DNA of 64,000 nt from Otoolea sp. (lineage in GTDB: Bacteria > Bacillota > Clostridia > Lachnospirales > Lachnospiraceae), in NCBI GenBank assembly GCA_050875065.1, contig JBNMLY010000002.1:2529-66528 (forward strand), read 5' to 3'. Under the pieces are notes generated by a model, which worked only from the letters and a program-made list of their open reading frames with translations, did no database searches and was not told the DNA's origin. Below, in pieces: positions 45,705 to 56,850 of the stretch. Numbering within the stretch: the first letter of the stretch is position 1; the number at the start of each line of letters is the position of its first letter. A program made the position numbers and the translations under genes.

Positions 45705-48296
45705 TTACGCTCCGTGGACAGCCGAAGCCGTCAGCTTGCCATCCGAAAGTCCGATCTCGATCGTATCTCCCGCACGGACGCCGTCTGCCAGAATCAGTTT
45801 CGCAGCCAGTGTCTCGACGTTCTTCTGCAGATACCGTTTGAGCGGTCTTGCACCGTATACCGGATCGTATCCATTGTCGATAATGAAGTTCTTCGCCTCA
45901 TCCGTCAGGGCAATCTTCAACTCCTTGTCCGCCAGACGTTTATTGACATCTGAGACCAGAAGTTCAATGATCCCACCGATATTCTCCTTGGTCAGCGGCT
46001 TAAAGAGAATAATCTCATCCAGACGGTTCAGGAATTCCGGACGGAAGTGTGCTCTTAAGTCATGCATAACCGAGCTTTCTGCCTCCGGCTTGATCTGTCC
46101 ATCTTCATCGATGCCATCCAGCAGATACTGGGAACCGATATTGGAGGTCATAATCAGGATCGTGTTCTTGAAATCGACGGTTTTGCCGGTCGAATCCGTG
46201 ATACGTCCATCATCCAGCACCTGAAGCAGGACGTTAAATACATCCGGGTGCGCTTTCTCCACCTCATCGAAGAGGACAACGGAATACGGTTTGCGCCGTA
46301 CTGCCTCGGTCAGCTGGCCGCCCTCGTCATATCCGACATATCCTGGCGGCGCTCCGATCAGACGGGGAACGGAATGTTTCTCCATGTATTCACTCATATC
46401 GATACGAACCATGTTGTTCTCATCGTCAAACAGTGCCTCCGCCAGCGCTTTTGCAAGCTCCGTCTTGCCGACACCGGTCGGGCCTAAGAACAGGAACGAA
46501 CCGATTGGTTTAGTCGGATCCTTGATACCCGCTTTCGAACGGATAATTGCCTCTGTTACCTTGGTAACGCCCTCATCCTGTCCGATGACACGTTTGTGGA
46601 GAATTTCATCCATGTGAAGTGTCTTGCTTCGCTCACTTTCTGTCAGTTTCGCAACCGGAATTCCCGTCCATTTTGAGATAATCCGGGCAATCTCATCTTC
46701 ACTAACGCTCTCATGCACCAGACTGAGATCCTGATTTTTCACTTTCTCTTCCTCTTCGGCTAACTGTTTCTGCAGTTCCGGTAACTTACCGTACTGAAGT
46801 TCGGCCGCCTTGTTGAGGTCATACGCCTGCTGTGCGGCCTGAATCTCGCCATTCACGTGCTCAATCTCTTCCCGCAGCTTGGACAGCTTATCAACGGAAG
46901 ATTTCTCATTCTCCCACTGGACTTTCTGAGTTGCAAAATTACTCTTAAGCTCTGCCAGCTCTTTCTGGAGTTCTGCCAGACGATCCTGGCTTAAACGATC
47001 CGTCTCTTTTTTCAGTGCGGCTTCCTCAATCTGCAGCTGCATGATACGTCTCGAAAGCTCATCGAGCTCCGCCGGCATCGAATCCATCTCCGTCTTGATC
47101 ATCGCACAGGCCTCATCGACCAGGTCGATCGCCTTATCTGGCAGGAAACGATCTGTAATATAACGGTCAGACAGGATCGCCGCTGAAACAAGCGCAGAGT
47201 CCGTGATCTTGACGCCGTGGTAAACCTCATATCTCTCTTTCAGGCCACGCAGGATAGAAATCGTATCCTCAACGGTCGGCTCATCAACGTGAACCGGCTG
47301 GAAACGACGTTCCAGAGCCGCATCTTTTTCGATGTATTTACGGTACTCATCCAGAGTCGTCGCGCCGATACAGTGCAGCTCGCCTCTCGCCAGCATCGGT
47401 TTCAGCATATTTCCGGCATCCATCGCGCCCTCGGACTTGCCTGCGCCGACGATCGTGTGCAGCTCATCGATAAACAGGATAATCTGTCCTTCACTCTTCT
47501 TGACCTCGTCGAGCACCGCTTTCAGTCTCTCTTCAAACTCACCGCGATACTTCGCGCCTGCCATCAGAGCGCCCATATCCAGGGCAAACAGTTTTTTGTC
47601 CTTCAAGCCTTCCGGGACATCGCCGCGCACGATACGCTGTGCCAGTCCCTCGACAACGGCCGTCTTACCAACGCCAGGTTCACCGATCAGAACCGGGTTG
47701 TTTTTCGTCTTTCTGGACAGAATCATAACCACGTTCCGGATCTCGCTGTCACGGCCGATAACCGGATCAAGCTTCTGGTCTCTCGCCCGCTCCACCAAAT
47801 CGTAACCGTACTTATTTAATGTGTCATACGTCGCCTCCGGGTTATCGCTGACAACACGCTGGTTGCCGCGTACCGTCGAGAGCGCCTGCAAAAAGCTCTC
47901 TTTCGTGATGCCGTAGAGACGAAACAGCTCCTTGACCGCCTTGTTCGGCTGCTTTAACATCGCCAGGAATAAGTGCTCGACGGAAACATACTCGTCGCCC
48001 ATCGCTTTGGCTTCATCCTCCGCGTTTACCAGCACCTTATTCGCATCATTGGAGAAATACACCTGGCCGCCGGATACCTTCGGCAGCTTTCCAATCGCCT
48101 GCTGCACCTCGTCGCGGAACTGGTCGCCCGAGATTCCCATCTTTGTTATCAATTTAAAAATCAAGCTGTCTTCCACAGTCAAAAGACTGTACAGCAAATG
48201 TTCCTGATCAATCTGCTGGTTTCCATATTCATACGCCAGCTTTTCCGTATTCTGAACGGCTTCCAGAGACTTCTGGGTAAATTTACTGATATTCAT
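45705..48296 (-). CDS. clpB: ATP-dependent chaperone ClpB
   Basis: Two AAA modules ([16 protein letters not shown]), coiled-coil M domain; ATG at 48296 after AAGGAGG. Confidence 0.97.
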   Translation of the reverse strand: MNISKFTQKSLEAVQNTEKLAYEYGNQQIDQEHLLYSLLTVEDSLIFKLITKMGISGDQFRDEVQQAIGKLPKVSGGQVYFSNDANKVLVNAEDEAKAMGDEYVSVEHLFLAMLKQPNKAVKELFRLYGITKESFLQALSTVRGNQRVVSDNPEATYDTLNKYGYDLVERARDQKLDPVIGRDSEIRNVVMILSRKTKNNPVLIGEPGVGKTAVVEGLAQRIVRGDVPEGLKDKKLFALDMGALMAGAKYRGEFEERLKAVLDEVKKSEGQIILFIDELHTIVGAGKSEGAMDAGNMLKPMLARGELHCIGATTLDEYRKYIEKDAALERRFQPVHVDEPTVEDTISILRGLKERYEVYHGVKITDSALVSAAILSDRYITDRFLPDKAIDLVDEACAMIKTEMDSMPAELDELSRRIMQLQIEEAALKKETDRLSQDRLAELQKELAELKSNFATQKVQWENEKSSVDKLSKLREEIEHVNGEIQAAQQAYDLNKAAELQYGKLPELQKQLAEEEEKVKNQDLSLVHESVSEDEIARIISKWTGIPVAKLTESERSKTLHMDEILHKRVIGQDEGVTKVTEAIIRSKAGIKDPTKPIGSFLFLGPTGVGKTELAKALAEALFDDENNMVRIDMSEYMEKHSVPRLIGAPPGYVGYDEGGQLTEAVRRKPYSVVLFDEVEKAHPDVFNVLLQVLDDGRITDSTGKTVDFKNTILIMTSNIGSQYLLDGIDEDGQIKPEAESSVMHDLRAHFRPEFLNRLDEIILFKPLTKENIGGIIELLVSDVNKRLADKELKIALTDEAKNFIIDNGYDPVYGARPLKRYLQKNVETLAAKLILADGVRAGDTIEIGLSDGKLTASAVHGA

Positions 48297-48373
48297 AAAC
48301 CTTGCCTCCTTTCGAAGAACTTCTTGGAGCCTCATGGCTCTCTTTTGTTCTAGCAGTAATATAACACTTATTG

Positions 48374-48400
48374 TTAGCACTGTCAATAGACGAGTGCTAA
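48374..48400 (-). promoter_or_regulatory. CIRCE element (HrcA operator) over the clpB sigmaA promoter
   Basis: TTAGCACTG-N9-GAGTGCTAA (one mismatch); minus-strand TTGACA-17-TATATT. Confidence 0.9.
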
Positions 48401-48466
48401 TTTTTCATGAACATTTTGTGAACAAATTTATGAATATTGTCATTCCTGCGTTATGCAAACGATGAT

Positions 48467-49582
48467 TTATGTTTCTATATAATAACACATCCCACTGCAT
48501 CCCTCCGGAAACAGCGTTCTCCTCATCTCCTGCACATACATCTCCTCTGATTCACTCTGCTCCAGTATTTCCAGCGCTTTGCGCAGATTGCGAATATCAC
48601 GTTCCATAAAATCTGCATAATTGCCGCGCCCCACCAGCTTTAGATGTGTGATTCCCGCCTCACGAAAGGAATAAAGGGCACACAGGCCGCAGCCGGTCAT
48701 GCCGCAGAGGTAGCCGTCCTCATCTGGGGTGCCGATTTTTAGAGGCTGTGATGTTGTCAGCTTTTCCTTATCCCGACAATCTACGTCTATTTCTTTTTGC
48801 TGCTTTTTACGTTCGCCTTCTGCTTTCCCTCTCTCTCTCACTTCATCTCCCGGATGCCTTCCAAAAGGCACATTACTCTCTCTCACCATCTGATACGGAA
48901 CCCGGCACAAATGTCCGAGCTCATCACAGTGCAGGGAATTACAAAACGAACCGTTAAACTGACAGAGTTCGTTGAGAGCAAATGCCTCCCACTCCAGCTT
49001 ATTTTTCACATCTAAACTGCCCGCTTCTCCTCTTTTTTTCGGTATTTTTACACTTTCTATCATGGAATGCATATCTTTGAACGTATTTTTTCGATGGAAA
49101 ATCACCCTTTTAATTCTCCACTGACTGAAATACTGTACCATCCGCCGGTTGACCTCCGCTGTCTCGCCGCTCAGATGGATCTCGCAGTCTATCTTCTCCT
49201 GCCGCAGATACAGAATCAGCGCCGGATCGGCAATGATATAGCTGTAAAATCCAAGTTCCATGCAGGTTCTCACGATAGAGGCAATCTCCGCATACTGTTC
49301 CGGCAGATAATACAGCGAATTAAACGTCAAATGCACTGGTTTTCCAAGCTTTCCAACCATCTTTGCCAGAATCCCCAGCTCACTGAATGCGCCGATCTGC
49401 ACATGGCTGCAAAGCACCTCCCGGCGGTTTAAGGGATAATGGGCGCCATATTTGCGGTTCCACTCATATGGCACATATCCACAAAAAAATTCGTCTGCAC
49501 CTACCTGTACAAAACGCGGATATTCGTCGACTGCGCCTAGGCCTGCGACTATTTTCATTCCAGGTATGTTTTTCTTCTTCAT
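48467..49582 (-). CDS. Peptidase U32 family (probable Fe-S) protein
   Basis: GADEFFCG, IIAD.AL, IHLS, RVIFHR, NELCQF.G.FC...HC, CGLC, LKLVGR; start uncertain (49558-49627). Confidence 0.85.
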   Translation of the reverse strand: MKKKNIPGMKIVAGLGAVDEYPRFVQVGADEFFCGYVPYEWNRKYGAHYPLNRREVLCSHVQIGAFSELGILAKMVGKLGKPVHLTFNSLYYLPEQYAEIASIVRTCMELGFYSYIIADPALILYLRQEKIDCEIHLSGETAEVNRRMVQYFSQWRIKRVIFHRKNTFKDMHSMIESVKIPKKRGEAGSLDVKNKLEWEAFALNELCQFNGSFCNSLHCDELGHLCRVPYQMVRESNVPFGRHPGDEVRERGKAEGERKKQQKEIDVDCRDKEKLTTSQPLKIGTPDEDGYLCGMTGCGLCALYSFREAGITHLKLVGRGNYADFMERDIRNLRKALEILEQSESEEMYVQEMRRTLFPEGCSGMCYYIET

Positions 49583-49713
49583 TTTCTCCTGTCTCTCCAA
49601 CTTATCATTCCAGCCATTTTCCTGCATATTCTTTTATCCCTTTGCTCCTGGAGCCTTCATTATCTCATGCCATTTTCCCATGTATTTCATTTCCCTACGA
49701 AAATTGAAAGAAA

Positions 49714-51330
49714 TCAGAGAAAATTCAGCACAATCCGATCCACTCCCATCGCCGCATACTCATGCAAATCATCGCCCGACCGCAAGATCTCATCATTCAG
49801 TCCAAACAGGGAATTATACCGCCCCACCATCTTCAAATGACTCGGATATAAAAAGGTATACTGGCTGCAAAACTGCGGGCATTCGCGCACCAGCGCCTGT
49901 CTGCCGCGTGCCCCGCGCACGATCTGCGCGTACAGTGGACAATAGGAGGAGGTGTTTGTCTGATAATACGGAAGATGTAAACTGTGCTTCATGCTATCGC
50001 CTTGAACTGTGGCATCACGATTCGAAAAAAACATCGGCGATGCCTCTTCTTCCAGACGTTCGATTTCCAGTGTTTCCCGCAAATATTCCTGATAGAAATC
50101 CGCATATTCTCCATCCAAACAGCCAGAATCACCTATATTGATTTTCGCGCCTCCACTCTGCATCTCCGTTTTCCCGGCTTGTTCTTCCTTACAAAATGAC
50201 TGCCGTTCCGATGAATCCTCCCAATTTGGCATCACCTTTCCTTTCAGATACCGCATTCTCGGATCTTTCCTCCTCTTATGAAGCAGAATTCCCAGAGACG
50301 GTTTCAGCCATGTCCGCTGCTCTCTCAGCATATCCACCAGCGCCCAGTCATTGACCTGAATTTCTATCGCCTGTTTCCGCGTCTGGCACCAGTTTTCTAC
50401 CTTATCTAAAAGCCGCTCCACTTCCGCCAGCCGCTCGTCCCGGATCCAGGAAGTTGTAAGCGTTATCCCTAAGCCGTTTTTATATGCTTTCTCCATCAGC
50501 TCAAACAAGCAGTCTTTCTCCGGCGATAGCAGAGGGCAGAACGCATTTCCTATATAAATACGTTTCAGGCGCTGTGATGACAGCCAATGCCCGGTCAAGC
50601 CATTTTCCTGACAGTAGCATCTAAAAAATGCCTGCGGTTCTTGTTCTAAGAATGTCTGATACCGTTCCGGGCGATCCAACTCAACTGCCACTTCGATTTC
50701 TCTCTTTACCGCCCCACAAGAACTGGGTTTATACTCCCACTCTTTCCTCCACACACTCTTCTGCTCTTCCCAGCTCCCACAATATTCCTCATCCAGCTCC
50801 GCCGGATAACCGACCAGTGCTTCCGCCAGCGCAGCATCGTCGCCCTCCAGTTTCAGGCGGATATAGCGTCCATATGACCCGATCAGGCGGCGGACCGCCT
50901 GCTGATAATCTGCCTGCTCTGTCTTAATCAAATATTCTACCCAGTACGCCTCTATTCTGTCTGCTTTTTCCCGCGCATTTCCCCTATCTTTTTTCTCCGG
51001 GACTTTGCTTTCTATCTTCCGCCCTTCGTCCCCCGTCTCCTCATATACTCCTTCTGCTTCTATTGTCTCTTCTATCTTTTCCTCTATCCGTTCCATTTCA
51101 AACCGCTTCAGGCAGATTTCCCGATAAAGCGGCTGCAATTCCCCCGCTGGTTCTCTCTCATAGAAGCAGACCTTAAAATAAGAAGGAACCGCGATCGCCT
51201 CCGCCACGCGGAACCGGAAGCCGCATTCTGCCAGCTCTGTGATCTGTATTTCTTTTTCTGCTGCAAATGCCGCCAGCAAGCCAAACGGCAGCGCCTCCAC
51301 GCCGCCCGGCAGATGTTCTCCCGATCGCAT
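49714..51330 (-). CDS. Hypothetical protein, probable divergent U32/UbiV-like partner with extra N-terminal domain
   Basis: IYIGNAFC, VND, SYCPL...CPQFC resemble the UbiV-type cysteine layout; co-oriented with the U32 gene. Confidence 0.6.
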   Translation of the reverse strand: MRSGEHLPGGVEALPFGLLAAFAAEKEIQITELAECGFRFRVAEAIAVPSYFKVCFYEREPAGELQPLYREICLKRFEMERIEEKIEETIEAEGVYEETGDEGRKIESKVPEKKDRGNAREKADRIEAYWVEYLIKTEQADYQQAVRRLIGSYGRYIRLKLEGDDAALAEALVGYPAELDEEYCGSWEEQKSVWRKEWEYKPSSCGAVKREIEVAVELDRPERYQTFLEQEPQAFFRCYCQENGLTGHWLSSQRLKRIYIGNAFCPLLSPEKDCLFELMEKAYKNGLGITLTTSWIRDERLAEVERLLDKVENWCQTRKQAIEIQVNDWALVDMLREQRTWLKPSLGILLHKRRKDPRMRYLKGKVMPNWEDSSERQSFCKEEQAGKTEMQSGGAKINIGDSGCLDGEYADFYQEYLRETLEIERLEEEASPMFFSNRDATVQGDSMKHSLHLPYYQTNTSSYCPLYAQIVRGARGRQALVRECPQFCSQYTFLYPSHLKMVGRYNSLFGLNDEILRSGDDLHEYAAMGVDRIVLNFL

Positions 51331-51465
51331 TCGTCTATTTCCTCCTATTCACACACAGCGGCACCTGAAAACACCGATCCGCCCGGTTTTTACCTGATTT
51401 TCTCTATTTTATTCCCCTGTCGGCGCAAATGCAAGCAAACAGCGATTCTCTAAATTAAAAGCCCC

Positions 51466-51511
51466 ACCACCACGTTATCTTACGGCGTTTTCGGTTCCCA
51501 AAGTACCTATC
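51466..51511 (-). repeat. Structured dispersed repeat, partial copy 2
   Basis: Reverse complement matches 58974-59019 at 41 of 46 positions (counted by eye). Confidence 0.8.
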
Positions 51512-51671
51512 TTTCAGCCGTAGCCGCGCCACACTTCTATACACAAAAATTAATTTCATTCCTGATATATCTTTCTTGCTGATTCCTACTTTTTATGTTA
51601 CATTTATTATCAACAACTCAACCTGGTTTTTGTCACTAACCTTACATTTATACGAAAATGGAAGCTAATCT

Positions 51672-53591
51672 ATGAATCATTCATCCAATGAAAACAAACC
51701 ATCGAGAAGCATTTCCTATCATGCCTTTAACTTTACTTTTTTGCTTCTCCTGGCTGTATTTTTCATTTCCATGTATACAGTCGCCCTGCTGAAAAGCAAC
51801 AGCAGCATCACGCTGACCACCGCCGTGGAGCGAAATATTTCCTGTTCCGATGCGATGCACAGGGCTATATCGAGCCGACTGACACGCGCCGATTTTGAAC
51901 AGATCAACACAAAATCTGATATGAATTCCGCACAATACCGGGATCTGCAGTCCTATTTAAATGAACTCCGCAGCCTCAACTCGACCCGCTATCTGTACAC
52001 AGCCAAGCGCGGTTCGGATGGACGGCCGATCTACCTGATCGACGGCCTGGATCTGGGGGCATCGGATTTTGCTTACCCAGGAACCTATCTGGAGGAGGAA
52101 ATGGTTCCATATCTGGAAGCAGCACTTTCCGGCGAAACCATCTACTCACAGGAGATCATCGATACCACGTGGGGACACATTTTTACCGCCTGTTACCCGG
52201 TTGTCGCATCCGATGGAACCGGTGATATCATCGGTGCACTCTGCGTCGAGATCGATATGGAGGACACCTATCGATCGATTGAAGCGATCAACCGCTCTTC
52301 CTTTGGAATTGCTATCGCCGCGATCGTGATGGCACTTTTGCTGATCATTGTTTCCTATTTCTATACCCAGAAACAGAAATCCAAGGATCTCGCCCAGCAG
52401 CAGCTTCTGGAACAGACCGCCGCAGCGGCCGAAGCCGCCAACAAGGCAAAATCAACGTTCCTGTTTAATATGTCGCACGATATCCGGACGCCGATGAATG
52501 CGATCCTCGGCTACGCGGAACTTGCCAGAAACCATCTGCAGGAGCCGGAGAAGCTCGGGGAATATATGGATAACATCCATATTTCCGGTGAAAAACTTCT
52601 CTCGATCATCAACAATATTCTCCAGTTTTCGCAGATTGAGAATAACCAGGTACACCTCGAAGAGACTTCCGTCCACACAGAGGAAAGTTTTGACTCCTGT
52701 ATCGTCATGGTTCAGACCGCATTAGAAGAAAAACAGCAGATTTTCCATGTGTCCAAGGAAATTTCGTACCCGTATATCTACATCGACACGGCGTATATGT
52801 CCGAAATTGTACTGAATATTTTGAGCAATGCAATCAAATATACCACAAAAGGCGGGACAATCTCCTGTACACTCCGCCAGGAACCGGGCGAACAGGACGG
52901 CTGGTGTATCACAGAGATCGCGATCAGCGACACTGGCATCGGTATTTCCGAGGAATTCCAGTCCCATATTTTTGAATCATTTTCACGGGAACGTTCTTCC
53001 ACCGTCAGTGGTATCGAGGGCACCGGACTTGGCATGGGAATTGTGAAAAAGCTGGTAGATCTGATGCACGGAACCATCGAGGTAAAGAGTAAACTTGGAG
53101 AAGGATCCACGTTTACCGTGCGGATCCCGTGCCGTATCTCCTCCCGCGAAGAAACAGAGCACACACCGTCCGATGAAACATCCACGCAAAATCTGTCCGG
53201 CCGCCGGATTCTGCTTGCCGAGGACAATGATCTAAACGCGGAGATTGCCATCGAACTTTTGACCCGCGAGGGACTTTTGGTAGAACGGGCCAATGACGGG
53301 GTTGTCTGTCTGGAAATGCTTCAAAAAGCGCCAGAGGACTATTATGATCTGATTCTGATGGATATTCAGATGCCGATCATGGACGGCTACAAGGCGACAC
53401 AGGCGATCCGGCGTTTTTCGGATAAGAAGAAAGCCGCGATTCCGATCGTTGCGATGACGGCAAACGCATTTACAGAGGATAAGGAGCGGGCGCTGGAGGT
53501 CGGAATGAATGACCACGTGGCGAAGCCGATTGATATGAAGGTGCTGTTGGGGGTGCTGGAGGAGCAGATTTGTGGGCGTAAGGATTTATAA
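51672..53591 (+). CDS. Hybrid sensor histidine kinase/response regulator
   Basis: MSHDIRTPMN, N.LSNAIKYT, GTGLG, AEDN, MDIQMP.MDG, KP. Confidence 0.95.
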   Translation: MNHSSNENKPSRSISYHAFNFTFLLLLAVFFISMYTVALLKSNSSITLTTAVERNISCSDAMHRAISSRLTRADFEQINTKSDMNSAQYRDLQSYLNELRSLNSTRYLYTAKRGSDGRPIYLIDGLDLGASDFAYPGTYLEEEMVPYLEAALSGETIYSQEIIDTTWGHIFTACYPVVASDGTGDIIGALCVEIDMEDTYRSIEAINRSSFGIAIAAIVMALLLIIVSYFYTQKQKSKDLAQQQLLEQTAAAAEAANKAKSTFLFNMSHDIRTPMNAILGYAELARNHLQEPEKLGEYMDNIHISGEKLLSIINNILQFSQIENNQVHLEETSVHTEESFDSCIVMVQTALEEKQQIFHVSKEISYPYIYIDTAYMSEIVLNILSNAIKYTTKGGTISCTLRQEPGEQDGWCITEIAISDTGIGISEEFQSHIFESFSRERSSTVSGIEGTGLGMGIVKKLVDLMHGTIEVKSKLGEGSTFTVRIPCRISSREETEHTPSDETSTQNLSGRRILLAEDNDLNAEIAIELLTREGLLVERANDGVVCLEMLQKAPEDYYDLILMDIQMPIMDGYKATQAIRRFSDKKKAAIPIVAMTANAFTEDKERALEVGMNDHVAKPIDMKVLLGVLEEQICGRKDL

Positions 53592-53615
53592 ATAAATTGA
53601 AAAACCCGAGGGACG

Positions 53616-53658
53616 AAAAAATAGAGGGCGTGGATGCACACCGCGCCCTCTATTTTTT
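53616..53658. terminator. Bidirectional terminator
   Basis: AAAAAATAGAGGGCG...CGCCCTCTATTTTTT. Confidence 0.85.
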
Positions 53659-53694
53659 CTATTCGCTATATTACAAAGACAAAATTCTTTTTTA

Positions 53695-56352
53695 TCATTT
53701 CTCACTCATCCGCCAGAACACCTTCACAATCTCCGACAGCACAATCACACTAAATGCCACCGCAAAGATTTTTCCCCATGTTACAAGCGCCAGCGGGATC
53801 GTGCCGAAGAAGGCACCGCCGAACTGGGTAATACAAATCTGTAAGAGGAAGGTACAGCCGACAATTCCGAGCATCATCTTATTCTTCAAAAGATGTGGGA
53901 AAATGCTTTCGCTGTGCAGCTCGCGGCAGTTGAATGCGTTGAAGAGCTGGAACAGCACAAACAGCGTAAAGATCACGGTTCCCTCCTGTTCCGCCGGAAC
54001 GCGCAGGAAATTCCAGACGTACTGTGCCAGGAATACAATGGAAATATAGGTTCCCGTCAGTCCGATCCGGATCAGCATTGTTTTGGAGAGGATACTGTCT
54101 CCGCGCCGGGTCGGTTCACGCTTCATTAAATCAGCATAGTTTGGTTCCAAGCCGAGTGTCAGGGCCGGCGGGCCGTCCATGATGATGTTGACCCACAGAA
54201 GTTCCAGCGCCGTAAACGGTGCTTTTAAGCCCAGCAGGATGGATACGAATACGACCACAACCGACGCCAGATTGACCGTGAGCTGGAAGCTGATAAACCG
54301 CTTAAAGTTCTCATAGATGTTGCGTCCCCACTCAACCGCTTTGACGATCGTCGCAAAGGAATCATCCAGCAGGACGATATCGCTGGCCTCCTTGGAAACC
54401 TCCGTACCGGAAATTCCCATCGCGATGCCGACATCGGCATTTTTCAGCGCCGGTGCATCGTTGATGCCGTCTCCGGTTACCGCTACGACATTGCCCGCCG
54501 CTTTCAAAAGTTTCACGACGCGCATCTTGATCGACGGCGTACTCCGGGCGATAACGCAGATCTGCGGCAGTTTTTCGCTCAGTTCTTCATCGGTCATGTC
54601 GGCAATCTCCCGTGCCTCCATCGCCAGTCCGCCGTGATCCAGAAGGTGAAGCTCGTCCGCGATCGCTTTCGCCGTCACGATATTATCGCCCGTCAGAATT
54701 TTCAGCGCCACACCGGCCCGTTTACATGACTTAACCGCCTCATACACATCGCTTCGCAGCGGATCCGAGATTGCCACAAAACCGTCAAATACCATCTGGC
54801 TTTCCAGCTCCTTATGACAGACCTCATCCTCAAAATCGCCCATGCTTTGAAGTTCTTTATGTGCAAACGCAATGACTCGCATCGCCTTCTCCTGCACACG
54901 CATCATGCAGGCCTCAATCTTCTTTTTCTCATCCGCCCCCAGGCTGCACATCTCAAAGATGCACTCCGGACTTCCTTTTACATAGGAAATAATCGAGCCA
55001 TCCACCTTAGAGATGGTCGTCATATGCTTGAGATCCGAAGAAAACGGAAATACCTGCAATGTCTCATGGTCATCGCGCTCATTCTGATACGTTTTCCCAC
55101 TTTTGGCGCACGCCTCGGACGCCCGATAGAAATTCAGCATCGCGCACTCACTCGGATTTCCGATGAAACCGCCATTTTCATTCACATCCGCCGTTGTATT
55201 CAGGCAGATGTTGTGAACCAGCCACGGGGAAGTCAGCTCTTTGACATTGGTATGCCATTCCGTATCGTAGAAGCCGCCAACCGTCATCCGGTTTTCGGTC
55301 AGCGTACCTGTCTTATCCGAACAAATGACATTGATACAGCCGATCGTCTCGGACGCGATCATCTTTTTCACCAGTGCATTCTGTCTTGAAAGCTTGATGA
55401 TGTTGATCGAAAGCGACACTGCCACGATCGTCGGAAGTCCCTCCGGAACAGCCGCCACGATCAGGACGATGCTGGTGACAAATGCTTCCATCACGTTCGT
55501 GATACTGATACTTCCCTGTAAATAGAAGGAAATCAGTTCGGAAATAAATACGACCGCCGCCGCAATCACACCGAGAATCGTGATATTTTTGCCCAGCCTT
55601 GCCAGTTTTTCCTGTAGCGGCGTGCTGCCTTTCTCCGCACCGCCGAGCTCGCGCGCGATCGTACCAAATTCGGTGGAATCGCCGACCGCGGTTACCAGCA
55701 TCCTGCCGTGGCCGCCCGTGATATAGGTGCCGCTGTAGACCATGTTGGCGCGCTCTGCCAGCGGAAGCTTCTCATCCGCGATTTCCAGCTCCGCGTCCTT
55801 TTTCGCCGGGACACTCTCGCCGGTCAGCATCGACTCGTCTGCCGACAATTCGTTGCTTTCCAACAGACGCCCGTCCGCCGGAACTTTATCTCCGGTTGAT
55901 AACAGAATCACATCACCGACCACGATTTTCTCCTGTGAAAGCTCCGTGATCGCCCCGTTCCGTATCGCCCGGACGCTTATATTGTCGCTGATCTGGGACA
56001 ATGCCTCAAATGCCTTCGCACTTTTTCCCTCCATCACAACGCTGATGACAACCGAAAGTGCGATCGCCACGAAGATTCCGACGCATTCCAGAAAATCCGC
56101 CTCGCCGCCCGTCATGCCGCGGAAGATATTTACCGCCAGCGCAATGATGCCGGCTGCAATCAACATCAAAAGCATCGGTTCCGTCGATGCGTCCCAGATA
56201 CGTTTCCAGACTGATTCCGGTTTCTGGCGCGTCAGTGTGTTCGCTCCATACTCTGAACGGTTTTTGATCGCCGCCTCGGTCGTCAGCCCCTCTTTGGCAT
56301 CACTGTGAAACGATGCCAGAAGTTTTTCCCTGGTTTCCATAAAATCAATCAT
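53695..56352 (-). CDS. P-type II cation-translocating ATPase (Ca2+/Mn2+ export)
   Basis: TGES, PEGL, CSDKTGTLT, TGD, GDGIND; AGGAGG RBS. Confidence 0.93.
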   Translation of the reverse strand: MIDFMETREKLLASFHSDAKEGLTTEAAIKNRSEYGANTLTRQKPESVWKRIWDASTEPMLLMLIAAGIIALAVNIFRGMTGGEADFLECVGIFVAIALSVVISVVMEGKSAKAFEALSQISDNISVRAIRNGAITELSQEKIVVGDVILLSTGDKVPADGRLLESNELSADESMLTGESVPAKKDAELEIADEKLPLAERANMVYSGTYITGGHGRMLVTAVGDSTEFGTIARELGGAEKGSTPLQEKLARLGKNITILGVIAAAVVFISELISFYLQGSISITNVMEAFVTSIVLIVAAVPEGLPTIVAVSLSINIIKLSRQNALVKKMIASETIGCINVICSDKTGTLTENRMTVGGFYDTEWHTNVKELTSPWLVHNICLNTTADVNENGGFIGNPSECAMLNFYRASEACAKSGKTYQNERDDHETLQVFPFSSDLKHMTTISKVDGSIISYVKGSPECIFEMCSLGADEKKKIEACMMRVQEKAMRVIAFAHKELQSMGDFEDEVCHKELESQMVFDGFVAISDPLRSDVYEAVKSCKRAGVALKILTGDNIVTAKAIADELHLLDHGGLAMEAREIADMTDEELSEKLPQICVIARSTPSIKMRVVKLLKAAGNVVAVTGDGINDAPALKNADVGIAMGISGTEVSKEASDIVLLDDSFATIVKAVEWGRNIYENFKRFISFQLTVNLASVVVVFVSILLGLKAPFTALELLWVNIIMDGPPALTLGLEPNYADLMKREPTRRGDSILSKTMLIRIGLTGTYISIVFLAQYVWNFLRVPAEQEGTVIFTLFVLFQLFNAFNCRELHSESIFPHLLKNKMMLGIVGCTFLLQICITQFGGAFFGTIPLALVTWGKIFAVAFSVIVLSEIVKVFWRMSEK

Positions 56353-56654
56353 AGAAGCCCCTCCTGTGTTTTTTGTAACTGCTTTCTGCATTTACAGTCA
56401 GCATTTCCATAAAAAGATGGTTCCCACCCACCAAAAGAACATACACCCCTGTGAAAGAATAAAGAATGTGCCTTGGCACATTCTCGCGCCGAGCGCGGTC
56501 GCCTGCGGCATGATTCCTCTTCGCGCGAGTGCGCATCCACGCGGAGCGTTTTTGTTTCATAGGACTCATTTTCCTGTGAAATAAAAAAATCCGCGCAAGG
56601 TATTTCCTCACGCGGATCAAAAAAGAGACTATGCATGGGAAATCCGTCCATACA

Positions 56655-56768
56655 TGAGTCTCGTTCATTAAGACAAGCCAGACCGGATGGTCAGTTTGTT
56701 GACTTGCCACACAATTCAAATGCAAATTTCTTTGTTTTCTTCTTTGTGCAAACTACTCCCTCAATACG
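56655..56768 (-). ncRNA. yybP-ykoY (Mn2+) riboswitch
   Basis: GAGGGAGTAG...GTCAACAAAC...CCGGTCTGGC...ACGAGACTC, followed by terminator 56619-56662, upstream of the P-type ATPase. Confidence 0.85.
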
Positions 56769-56850
56769 GGTATCTTTTTGTTGTAGAGAAATTTTATCAT
56801 TGTGGATGGGATTTGTCAAGGTGATGCAAGGGATTCCTATTATTTAGTCC

